NCBI GenBank assembly: GCA_028279745.1
Contig: JANQNC010000001.1
Span: 1,050,001-1,082,000, forward strand
Direction of reading: 5' to 3'
Length of the DNA stretch: 32,000 nucleotides
Origin: Candidatus Nanoarchaeia archaeon
Lineage (GTDB): Archaea > Nanobdellota > Nanobdellia > Woesearchaeales > JANQNC01
A program made the position numbers and the translations under genes. A model generated the notes under the pieces. It was not told where the DNA came from. It ran no database searches and saw only the letters and a list, made by a program, of their open reading frames with translations. The first letter of the stretch is position 1. Each line of letters starts with the position of its first letter. This document shows, piece after piece, positions 7,089 through 14,913 of this stretch.

Positions 7089-7559
7089 TCACCTCTCTGA
7101 TACTTTAAGACTATGATCTAAAAGTGTCTTGTCCTCAGCATATATAAACTTTGCCTTGACATACTTACCTTCAATAACGTGAGGCATCCAGTGTTGATCG
7201 GCTTCCCACATCTTATCATAAGGAACATTTGTTAAAGGAAATACTTCGGGCTTCATCTCTTTAGTCTCTTTTGGAATGCCTTCCCATCGAGCAACTTCAT
7301 AAACATGCATCACCTGGTCCCATGCAGAATTATGGGGAAAGATAAAAGTGATTTCTCCAACTTTGGTCATGTATTGTTCTGATGTTTTTACCTCGCTTTC
7401 TTCTTTAAGTTCTCTAATTGCAGTATGGATAATACTTTTATCATGGTTTTTTGGCTTGCCACCAAAACCATTGTAATTACCTGCACCAAAACCTTCTTTT
7501 TTCATCCCAAGAACTAGTTCAGTTTCATTTAGTAAAAGACAAAGTGTAACATCTCGCAT
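7089..7559 (-). CDS. Nudix hydrolase, MTH1/NUDT1-like 8-oxo-dGTPase
   Basis: LGMKKEGFGAGNYNGFGGK plus Nudix box GGKPKNHDKSIIHTAIRELKEESEV, and the C-terminal PYDKMWEADQHWMP. These parallel human MTH1 (LGMKKRGFGAGRWNGFGGK ... FKDMWPDDSYWFP) as I recall it. Confidence 0.8.
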   Translation of the reverse strand: MRDVTLCLLLNETELVLGMKKEGFGAGNYNGFGGKPKNHDKSIIHTAIRELKEESEVKTSEQYMTKVGEITFIFPHNSAWDQVMHVYEVARWEGIPKETKEMKPEVFPLTNVPYDKMWEADQHWMPHVIEGKYVKAKFIYAEDKTLLDHSLKVSER

Positions 7560-7615
7560 AGTTTCACATAAGATTTGTTGTTAGAATATATAATAGTTCT
7601 GAATCGGTTCTTTAA

Positions 7616-7963
7616 TCATTTATAACAGCTACTGCACTCAGCTTTTTTATCGATCAGCTTTAATAATTTTACAATTTGTTTTTCATCAACATCTTTTAAT
7701 TCTTTAAACTTCAGATGCATCATAGTCTTGCCAGTTCCTTTAAAGTTTTCCTTGTCTTTCTTTGTCAAACCTTTAACTGAAAATCCCAGGTTTACGCTAT
7801 CTTTTAGGCCAACAACATAATATTTGCCATACCAAGCAACACCTAACTTCTTTTGTTCATTTATTTTAGGAATTGTTTTAAGAATTATTTTTCTTAACTT
7901 CTTGCAAATCTCTTTCTGAGGAGATTTCTGCTTTTCGATATATTCTGAGACTTCTTTGTTCAT
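7616..7963 (-). CDS. DUF1801 (YdhG-like) domain protein
   Basis: I place the start at ATG 7963 (MNKEVSEYIEKQKSPQKEICKKLRKIILKTIP...). The longer track ORF to 8062 runs through the tRNA gene. Confidence 0.6.
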   Translation of the reverse strand: MNKEVSEYIEKQKSPQKEICKKLRKIILKTIPKINEQKKLGVAWYGKYYVVGLKDSVNLGFSVKGLTKKDKENFKGTGKTMMHLKFKELKDVDEKQIVKLLKLIDKKAECSSCYK

Positions 7964-7977
7964 TCTACAATAAAAAT

Positions 7978-8096
7978 AGCCCCGCGCGGACATTCGGTAA
8001 AGCTGCGCCTTTCCGGGCGTCAAAGCCAGCTTTGACATTCGAACCGCGGTCCAAAGACCCAAAATCTCCGATGATTGGCCACTACACCACGGGGCT
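7978..8096 (-). tRNA. tRNA-Gln (anticodon UUG at 8062-8060) with a 47-nt bulge-helix-bulge intron in the T-loop (about 7990-8036)
   Basis: Acceptor AGCCCCG/CGGGGCT. Anticodon arm GGAGA-TTTTGGG-TCTTT. T-stem CGCGG/CCGCG. T-loop TTCGAAT is restored after removing the 47 nt. The BHB is described under findings. Confidence 0.8.
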
Positions 8097-8123
8097 GTAT
8101 AAGCTTAAAATGTTTCGAGGTAT

Positions 8124-8131
8124 TTTATAAA
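8124..8131 (-). promoter_or_regulatory. TATA box for tRNA-Gln
   Basis: TTTATAAA lies 28 nt upstream of the tRNA 5' end. Confidence 0.55.
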
Positions 8132-8203
8132 TCTTGTTGTTTTTGATGATTAACTACACAATGGGTAAAAAAGTTTTTAAATGCAGGAACTAAAAATAGA
8201 TGT

Positions 8204-8794
8204 ATGAAGCCAAAACTGGCAAGAAACGAGTTGAGAAGAAACATATTCCATATATTGTTGGGAGTAATTATAGTTGCATTCATCAACTTATATCCTGAAA
8301 GGGTATCGCTACTGGTTCTTGCCATAATCCTAATTTTGGGATTATTTATCTCATTGTTAAGCAGAGTGGTTTCAATACCTGTGGTAAAGTGGTTCTTGAA
8401 AACATTTGACAGAGAAGAGGATATGAAGAAATTTCCTGGTAAAGGAGCATTATTTTTCTTCTTGGGATCAGTAACAGCACTTTACCTATACGGGGTGCAG
8501 ATTGCGTCAGCGGCAATACTGATACTTGCAGTCGGAGACTCAATTAATCTATTGGTCGGAAAACCATTTGGTAGAGTTGTAAATCCCCTAGATACAAAAA
8601 AGATGTTTGAAGGAAGCATAGCAGGATTTGTAGCAGGATTTATAGTGGCTTCATTATTTGTTCCACTAATATATGCAATAATTGCATCTGCAGTAGCAAT
8701 GCTTGTAGAGATGATAGACTTCAAAGAGATGCAAGTGAATGATAATATATTGATACCTTTATTTTCGGGATTGGTATTGTGGTTACTTCTTTAA
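8204..8794 (+). CDS. CTP-dependent polyprenol/dolichol kinase family membrane protein (CdsA/Sec59 superfamily)
   Basis: Multi-TM protein. GDSINLLVGKPFGR...KKMFEGSIAGFVAGF matches the family signature. TATA-like TTTTTAAA lies 23 nt upstream (leaderless). Confidence 0.55.
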   Translation: MKPKLARNELRRNIFHILLGVIIVAFINLYPERVSLLVLAIILILGLFISLLSRVVSIPVVKWFLKTFDREEDMKKFPGKGALFFFLGSVTALYLYGVQIASAAILILAVGDSINLLVGKPFGRVVNPLDTKKMFEGSIAGFVAGFIVASLFVPLIYAIIASAVAMLVEMIDFKEMQVNDNILIPLFSGLVLWLLL

Positions 8795-8842
8795 TAAGAA
8801 TACAATATATTTTTATAGGACTGTCCGATCCGTTTCACTAAT

Positions 8843-10090
8843 ATGAATATTTCAGTGATTGGTTTAGGGTATGTGGGGTTTCCGTTAGCATTGCAGGCTG
8901 CAAGTAAAGGACACAATGTGGTGGGAGTGGAGAAAAATCTCGGCATAATATATACTGTGAACAAAGGAGAAACCCATTTGGATGAAGAGTTTATCCATGA
9001 TCTGTTGAGCAATACAAAGATACAAGCACAAGACAAAGTAGAAAATTCTGATGCATACATAATATGTGTGCCAACACCAGTGACAAAAACAAAACTGCCA
9101 GATTTGGGTCTTGTAAAAAAAGCAACAGAAGAAGTTGCAGAAATAATTCAAGATAATCAGTTAGTAGTTATAGAATCAACAATATACCCTGGAGTTTGTG
9201 AAGAAATAGTAAAACCAATCTTAGACAAGACAGGAAAAAAGTATCTTTTAGCACACTGCCCTGAAAGGATCAATCCAGGAGATAAAAAATGGAATGTTGG
9301 AAACATACCTAGAGTTGTCGGGGGGTTGGATAACGAATCAACAGAAAAAGCAAAAAGATTATACGAATCAATAATAGACGCAGAAATTGTGGGTGTGTCA
9401 CAGATTAAAGCAGCAGAAGCAACAAAGATTTTAGAAAACACATTCAGAGATGTGAATATAGCATTTGTGAATGAGATGGCGCAATCATTCTATAGGATGG
9501 GAATAGACTTTGCAGAAGTCATAAAAGGATCATCAACAAAACCATTTGGATTTATGGCACACTATCCTGGGGTTGGGGTGGGCGGGCATTGTATAGCTGT
9601 AGACCCATACTACATGATAGAAAAAGGAAAAGCATCAGGATTTGATCACGAATTTTTGACACTGGCGAGAAAAATTAATTCAAACATGCCAATCTACACT
9701 GTGAAGCTTATACAAAATGAGCTAAATGAGCTAGAGCTACCCATAAAAGGAACAAAAATAGGAATTTATGGATTATCATACAAACCAGATGTAGCAGATG
9801 AAAGAGAGTCGCCTTCATATAATGTAATAAAAAGACTTAGAAATCGGTCTGCAGACCTAGTGATCTATGATCCTTACATGAAAAACGAATCAGATGTTGA
9901 GGGGTTAAATGAATTTTTTAAAGAAGCAGAATGCATTGTTGTATGTACTGCACACTCAGAGATAAAAAATATTGATTATGATATTCTAAAAAAGAATAAT
10001 GTTAAGTTAGTAGTGGATGGGCGAAACTGTCTTAACAAAGAAGAGATAAACAAATTAGGAATAAGATATGTTGGTGTAGGAAGGAAGTAA
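8843..10090 (+). CDS. nucleotide-sugar dehydrogenase (UDP-glucose/GDP-mannose dehydrogenase family, WecC/Cap5O-like)
   Basis: Rossmann N-terminus ISVIGLGYVGFPLA, AAEATKILENTFRDVNIA, catalytic GGHCIAVDPYY, and YKPDVADERESPS. Confidence 0.85.
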   Translation: MNISVIGLGYVGFPLALQAASKGHNVVGVEKNLGIIYTVNKGETHLDEEFIHDLLSNTKIQAQDKVENSDAYIICVPTPVTKTKLPDLGLVKKATEEVAEIIQDNQLVVIESTIYPGVCEEIVKPILDKTGKKYLLAHCPERINPGDKKWNVGNIPRVVGGLDNESTEKAKRLYESIIDAEIVGVSQIKAAEATKILENTFRDVNIAFVNEMAQSFYRMGIDFAEVIKGSSTKPFGFMAHYPGVGVGGHCIAVDPYYMIEKGKASGFDHEFLTLARKINSNMPIYTVKLIQNELNELELPIKGTKIGIYGLSYKPDVADERESPSYNVIKRLRNRSADLVIYDPYMKNESDVEGLNEFFKEAECIVVCTAHSEIKNIDYDILKKNNVKLVVDGRNCLNKEEINKLGIRYVGVGRK

Positions 10091-10097
10091 TTCTCAC

Positions 10098-10111
10098 AAA
10101 ACATTTATAAA
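10098..10111 (+). promoter_or_regulatory. BRE/TATA promoter for tRNA-Val
   Basis: AAAACATTTATAAA ends 26 nt upstream of the tRNA 5' end. Confidence 0.6.
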
Positions 10112-10136
10112 AGAAACTAACGTAGTTATTGTAAAG

Positions 10137-10237
10137 GGGCCCGTGATCTAGTGGCTATGATGCTTCCTTGACGTGGAAGATATCCCCAGTTCAAATCAAT
10201 TGACTGTTAAGTCAGCAGTGAAAGTCTGGGCGGGCCC
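10137..10237 (+). tRNA. tRNA-Val (anticodon GAC at 10170-10172) with a 29-nt bulge-helix-bulge intron in the T-loop (about 10197-10225)
   Basis: Acceptor GGGCCCG/CGGGCCC. Anticodon arm CTTCC-TTGACGT-GGAAG. T-stem CCCAG/CTGGG. T-loop TTCAAAT is restored after excision. Confidence 0.8.
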
Positions 10238-10256
10238 ATTACAGCTGGTTGATAAA

Positions 10257-11321
10257 ATGGCAACAAATAACAAAAACTATCTATTCTTGATCTTCATAGC
10301 ACTATTTTTTGTGCTATCATACATGTTAGTGAAACCATTCATAAGCGCATTAGTGGGTGCAATAGTTGTAACATATGTTCTTTATCCAATCTATAACTGG
10401 TTATACACTAAAACACGAAAACCAAACTTGACGGCAACCGTCATGATAATCGCGATTTTGTTGATAATCACCGTGCCGTTTGTTTTAGTCAGTAACCTAA
10501 TAATAACTGAATCAACAAACCTTTACGAAATAATAGAACAAGGTAATTTTGGAGAAGAATTTTTCTCAACAAACTCAACATGTACTGAAGGATTGATGTG
10601 TACGGGAGCAATGTTCATCAACGAAAAAGCATCAGACCCTTTTGTTGTAGAAAATTTTACAGAGGTTGCCAAAAATTTGATATCCTTACTTTTCCAAAAA
10701 GGATCAACATTCTTATTATCATTACCTGAAAGAGTACTTTTCCTATTCATACTTTTATTCACAAGCTTTTACCTGTTTAAAGAAGGACCAAAAGTTGTAG
10801 AGTTCATAAAAAAACTTATGCCATTAGGAGAGAAGAATAAAAACAGAATAATGAACAAACTGCAAGAGGTAGTTTATGCAACAATCTATGGTGCAGTTGT
10901 AATAGCGATATTCCAAGGATCAATAGCGGGGATAGGATACTTCTTATTTGGTATAACTAACTACGCGACACTTGCAATACTGACTATGATGGCTTCTCTA
11001 CTTCCGTTTGTGGGAACAGGACTTGTGTGGGTTCCAGTATCCATATACTTAGCTGCGCAAGGAATATTATTGTCTAACAATTCATTAGTTTGGAGGGGAG
11101 TGGGATTATTCTTGTTTGGCGCATTAATAGTTGCAACCATAGACAACCTGATAAGACCAAAAGTTGTAGGTGATAGAGCAAAAGTAAACCCAGTCATAAT
11201 CCTTTTAGGAGCATTTGGAGGGTTGAGGTTGTTTGGATTCTTTGGAATCTTTGTAGGTCCTGTAATTCTAGTCATACTGTTAACACTTCTAGAGATCTAC
11301 CTTGAGGCAAAGAAAAGATGA
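10257..11321 (+). CDS. AI-2E/PerM (UPF0118) family membrane transporter
   Basis: I place the start at ATG 10257 (MATNNKNYLF...); the track start at 10173 lies inside the tRNA. LPFVGTGLVWVPVSIYL and DNLIRPKVVGDRAKVNPVIILLGAFGG motifs. Confidence 0.8.
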   Translation: MATNNKNYLFLIFIALFFVLSYMLVKPFISALVGAIVVTYVLYPIYNWLYTKTRKPNLTATVMIIAILLIITVPFVLVSNLIITESTNLYEIIEQGNFGEEFFSTNSTCTEGLMCTGAMFINEKASDPFVVENFTEVAKNLISLLFQKGSTFLLSLPERVLFLFILLFTSFYLFKEGPKVVEFIKKLMPLGEKNKNRIMNKLQEVVYATIYGAVVIAIFQGSIAGIGYFLFGITNYATLAILTMMASLLPFVGTGLVWVPVSIYLAAQGILLSNNSLVWRGVGLFLFGALIVATIDNLIRPKVVGDRAKVNPVIILLGAFGGLRLFGFFGIFVGPVILVILLTLLEIYLEAKKR

Positions 11322-12814
11322 AACTAGTCGTAAAGGACATCGACATTGAAGCAGGAAGATTTCTCATAGCATTACTAAACCAAGAAGATGCAAGAAAATT
11401 AGATCTGCATCATGGTGACAGAGTTAAGATAAAAAAAGGAAACAAAGAGACGGTTGCATTCATAGACATATCAACAAACCCAGAAAAATTGGGGTTGGGA
11501 GAGATAGGATTCTTTGAAGAATTACTTAATGAGATGAAAGTCAAAGAAGGCGATGTGGTTGATATGGTAGTTGCGCAAAAACCCCAATCAGTAGGCTGCA
11601 TAAGGAGAAAGATGGAAGGCAGAGTGCTTAACTATGAAGACACAAAAAGAGTTGTAGAAGACATAATAGGAAATAAACTATCAGATGTAGAACTAACATA
11701 CTTTGTAGCAAGCACGTATGCAAGGGGGATGTCGCTGGAGGAAATTACTGCACTTACGAGAGCGATGATAGAAACAGGAGACAAAGTAGAGCTAGATACA
11801 CATCCCATAATGGACAAACATTGTATAGGGGGAGTTCCTGGGAACAGAACAACACCCCTGGTAGTTCCAATACTTGCAGCTGCGGGACTGACAATACCAA
11901 AAACAAGTTCAAGAGCAATTACAAGTCCGTCAGGAACGGCAGACACACTTGAAGTTTTGATGACAACAAACGTTACCAAAGATAAAATGATAAAAGTTGT
12001 CAACAAGACAAATGGGTGTATGGTGTGGGGTGGAGGAATGATAAATCTTTCACCTGCAGATGATAGGATAGTCGTTATAGAACACTCGCTTGGAATAGAT
12101 GCAGAAGGACAGATGCTGGCAAGCATATTGGCAAAAAAATTATCTGTATCTGCAACAGATATCTTGATAGACATACCTGTGGGCAGAGGAGCAAAAGTAG
12201 AGAGTAAAGAAAAAGCATTACACATAAAAAATTCTTTTGAGAAAATTGCAAAAGTGTTTAACGTAAAAACAAAAGTGATCATAACAGACGGCAACCAACC
12301 GATAGGCAATGGGATAGGGCCCATGTTGGAAGCAAAAGATGTACTTTATGTTCTTATGAACGATAAAAGAGCGCCAAAAGACCTGGAAGAAAAAGGAATT
12401 GCGATGGCAGGACTACTTTTAGAGATGGGTGGTAAGGCAGCAAAAGGAGAAGGAAAGAAAAAAGCACTAAGCATACTAAGAAGCGGTGAAGCTTTAGCAA
12501 AATTCAAAGAGATAGCACAATCACAAGGCAAAGCAGAACTAGATCCTGAAAAACTAGTCGAAGCAGAGTTCAAATATGAGTTTAGAGCAGAAAGAGAAGG
12601 GAAAGTTACAAGAATAGATAACAAAGCGATATCAAGAGTGGCAAGAATTGCGGGAGCGCCACATAACAAAAAAGCAGGAGTGATGCTGCATAGAAAAGTA
12701 GGTGATGTGGTGTTGAAAAATCAACCACTATTCACAATATACTCAGAATCAGCAACAAAACTACAATATGCATATGAAGAATTTGAAAGAATAGATGGTT
12801 TTGTTGTAAACTAA
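11318..12814 (+). CDS. deoA: AMP phosphorylase (archaeal thymidine-phosphorylase-family enzyme with N-terminal extension)
   Basis: MKLVVKDIDIEAGRFLIALLNQEDARKL N-domain, DKHCIGGVPGNRTT, and TSSRAITSPSGTADTLE. ATGA overlap with the upstream gene. Confidence 0.85.
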   Translation: MKLVVKDIDIEAGRFLIALLNQEDARKLDLHHGDRVKIKKGNKETVAFIDISTNPEKLGLGEIGFFEELLNEMKVKEGDVVDMVVAQKPQSVGCIRRKMEGRVLNYEDTKRVVEDIIGNKLSDVELTYFVASTYARGMSLEEITALTRAMIETGDKVELDTHPIMDKHCIGGVPGNRTTPLVVPILAAAGLTIPKTSSRAITSPSGTADTLEVLMTTNVTKDKMIKVVNKTNGCMVWGGGMINLSPADDRIVVIEHSLGIDAEGQMLASILAKKLSVSATDILIDIPVGRGAKVESKEKALHIKNSFEKIAKVFNVKTKVIITDGNQPIGNGIGPMLEAKDVLYVLMNDKRAPKDLEEKGIAMAGLLLEMGGKAAKGEGKKKALSILRSGEALAKFKEIAQSQGKAELDPEKLVEAEFKYEFRAEREGKVTRIDNKAISRVARIAGAPHNKKAGVMLHRKVGDVVLKNQPLFTIYSESATKLQYAYEEFERIDGFVVN

Positions 12815-14802
12815 TTCTTTGGCAGCTTATATTTGAAATCTTCAATAGGGTAAGGTTTATGGATATCTTTCATGAACTGAGCCCAGATAGGAAGTGCTGC
12901 TTTAGCACCAGTCTCTTTATTACCGATAGAAGTTCTATCATCTAGGCCCACCCAAACACCTGTCGTGTATTGAGGTGTAAAGCCGATAAACCAAGCGTCT
13001 TTACAATCATTAGTTGTACCTGTCTTGCCGCCTGCAGGTCTTGTGAAACCATACCATTTAGCACCTCTTCCAGTGCCGTCTTGGATTACAGATTCTAAAA
13101 TCTCAACAACTTTATATGCTGCGTCAGGATTAAGAGCTGTTCTTTCTTTAGGCTCGTGTTCAACAATCAGCTCTTTCCCATCCCGCAGTATTACTTTGTT
13201 TATCATGAAAGGTTCTCTGTAAATTCCGTCGTTAGCGAAAACAGAATAAACAGAAGTCATCTCTAAAGGAGTAGCATCAAAAGCACCAATCGCTAAAGAA
13301 GGGTAAGGTCTCATCTTAGACTTAACACCTAACATCTTAGCATATGTGATAACATTATCTAACCCAATATCTTTACCAAGAAGAATTGTTGGAATGTTTC
13401 TTGAATGCTTACAAGTCTCCTTTAAGGAAACTGGCCCGATATAATCTGGCTTGTAATTTTTAGGTATCCAGATGTTATTAAGATCATCTTTGTAGACAAA
13501 AGGGATGTCCATCAACATAGACTCGACTTCGTAACCATTATCAAGAGCTGCTGCATAAACAACAGGCTTAAATGAAGAACCTGGGCTTCTCATAGCTTGA
13601 ACTGCTCTGTTGAACTTGCTTTCGCTAAAGTCTCTACCTCCGACCATTGCAACAATTGCGCCATCTGAATTGTCAATGCTAACTAAAGCAGCCTGAACTT
13701 TTTTATCTGTACCTTTGAAGTTTTTCTGTTTCCTGTCTAGTATTTTCTTAACATAATGTTCAGCAATCTTTTGAAATTCAAAGTTAAGAGTGGTATAAAT
13801 ATTGTAACCCTTCGAGTAAAAATCTTTATAGCTGATTATCTTTGGACTTAGTGTTTTCCTAACTTCTTCAATAAAGTAAGCACCGACCCCGCTGTTTTCT
13901 GTAAGCGTAACTTTGGGGATGTTTTCTTTTTTGAGAGAGTCATAATCTTCTTTTGAGATCTTTTTATCTTTTAACATTTTCCAAAGGACTATGTTTTTTC
14001 TTTTGTTTGCCCTTTTTGGGTGCAAGTCTGGTCTGTACCTTTCAGGAGACTGGATCATCCCTGCAAGCAAAGCGCATTCAACTTGAGAAAGCTCACCAAG
14101 ATTTTTTCTGAAATATTTTTTTGATGCTGCCTTGATGCCATAAACACCGCTGCCTAAATATGCCTGGTTAAGATAAAGCTCAAGAATCTTATCTTTATCA
14201 TATCTGTTCTCAAGCCTTACTGCAGTAATGCCTTCTTTGATCTTACGGCTAATGGATTTTTCATTTCCAACAAAAAGGTTCTTAGCTAGTTGTTGTGTTA
14301 TTCCGCTGCCACCTCTGCTAAAACCAGAAAGTATTGCGTTAGCTAATCCTCCATAGTTAACTCCGTTGTGTTCTCTGAACTGAGCATCTTCAGTTGCAAT
14401 AACTGCTTTAATGAGATCTTGAGGCATACTATCAATAGGAGCAAGCTCTCTGTTTTCGATAAAGTGTTCCTCAATCAGCTGATTATCTGAAGAATAAACT
14501 CTTGTAACTGCTCCCTGTTTGATGTTATCAATCTGTGAAGGGGTGGGTAAAGAAGGTATGAGGCTTGCAATGTATAGGGAGCCTCCAACTAGTGTTCCAA
14601 TAAAACCTCTTTTGATCCATTTTAGAGCATTACGCTTTTTGTCAGATGATGGAAGTGTTACAGATTGTTTTGGTGTTTCAACTATTGTTTCTAAATCTTC
14701 TAGCTCTGGTTCAATTTTGGGTGTTGGAACTACCTCTTTTTGCTTTTTATCATCAGAACCCATGCCTGGAGGGGTTAGATCACTATCAAAATCACGAGCC
14801 AT
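12811..14802 (-). CDS. ponA: class A penicillin-binding protein (GT51 glycosyltransferase plus transpeptidase), bacterial type
   Basis: GT51 motifs EDAQFREHNG, GGSGITQQ, RKIKE and KDKILELYLN. Transpeptidase motifs SPGSSFK, SRN and KTGT. One N-terminal TM helix. Confidence 0.9.
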   Translation of the reverse strand: MARDFDSDLTPPGMGSDDKKQKEVVPTPKIEPELEDLETIVETPKQSVTLPSSDKKRNALKWIKRGFIGTLVGGSLYIASLIPSLPTPSQIDNIKQGAVTRVYSSDNQLIEEHFIENRELAPIDSMPQDLIKAVIATEDAQFREHNGVNYGGLANAILSGFSRGGSGITQQLAKNLFVGNEKSISRKIKEGITAVRLENRYDKDKILELYLNQAYLGSGVYGIKAASKKYFRKNLGELSQVECALLAGMIQSPERYRPDLHPKRANKRKNIVLWKMLKDKKISKEDYDSLKKENIPKVTLTENSGVGAYFIEEVRKTLSPKIISYKDFYSKGYNIYTTLNFEFQKIAEHYVKKILDRKQKNFKGTDKKVQAALVSIDNSDGAIVAMVGGRDFSESKFNRAVQAMRSPGSSFKPVVYAAALDNGYEVESMLMDIPFVYKDDLNNIWIPKNYKPDYIGPVSLKETCKHSRNIPTILLGKDIGLDNVITYAKMLGVKSKMRPYPSLAIGAFDATPLEMTSVYSVFANDGIYREPFMINKVILRDGKELIVEHEPKERTALNPDAAYKVVEILESVIQDGTGRGAKWYGFTRPAGGKTGTTNDCKDAWFIGFTPQYTTGVWVGLDDRTSIGNKETGAKAALPIWAQFMKDIHKPYPIEDFKYKLPKN

Positions 14803-14827
14803 TTTAAGGTTGATGAATGAATGACCC

Positions 14828-14841
14828 TTTATAAATGTTTC
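14828..14841 (-). promoter_or_regulatory. BRE/TATA promoter for the PBP gene (leaderless)
   Basis: Reverse strand reads GAAACATTTATAAA, ending 25 nt upstream of ATG 14802. Confidence 0.55.
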
Positions 14842-14880
14842 TATATTTAACTACTAACTAGTCGTAACAAAATAGAAAGA

Positions 14881-14888
14881 TTTAAATA
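14881..14888 (+). promoter_or_regulatory. TATA box for 14914 gene (leaderless)
   Basis: TTTAAATA lies 25 nt upstream of the ATG. Confidence 0.5.
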
Positions 14889-14913
14889 GTGCTATTTTAT
14901 ACGCTTTTACAGT

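Noticed and set aside
7964-8062. N-terminal extension of the DUF1801 ORF; likewise 10173-10256 for the permease and 19199-19291 for gap
   Set aside because: Two of the extensions run through tRNA genes and the third through promoter sequence. The internal ATGs give the conserved N-termini (MNKEV..., MATNN..., [14 protein letters not shown]).
11632-12324. Long antisense ORFs inside real genes (also 19705-20271, 24106-24534, 26848-27555, 5406-5897)
   Set aside because: Each lies opposite a gene with clear family motifs. They have Ser/Leu/Thr-rich low-complexity translations and no start signals.
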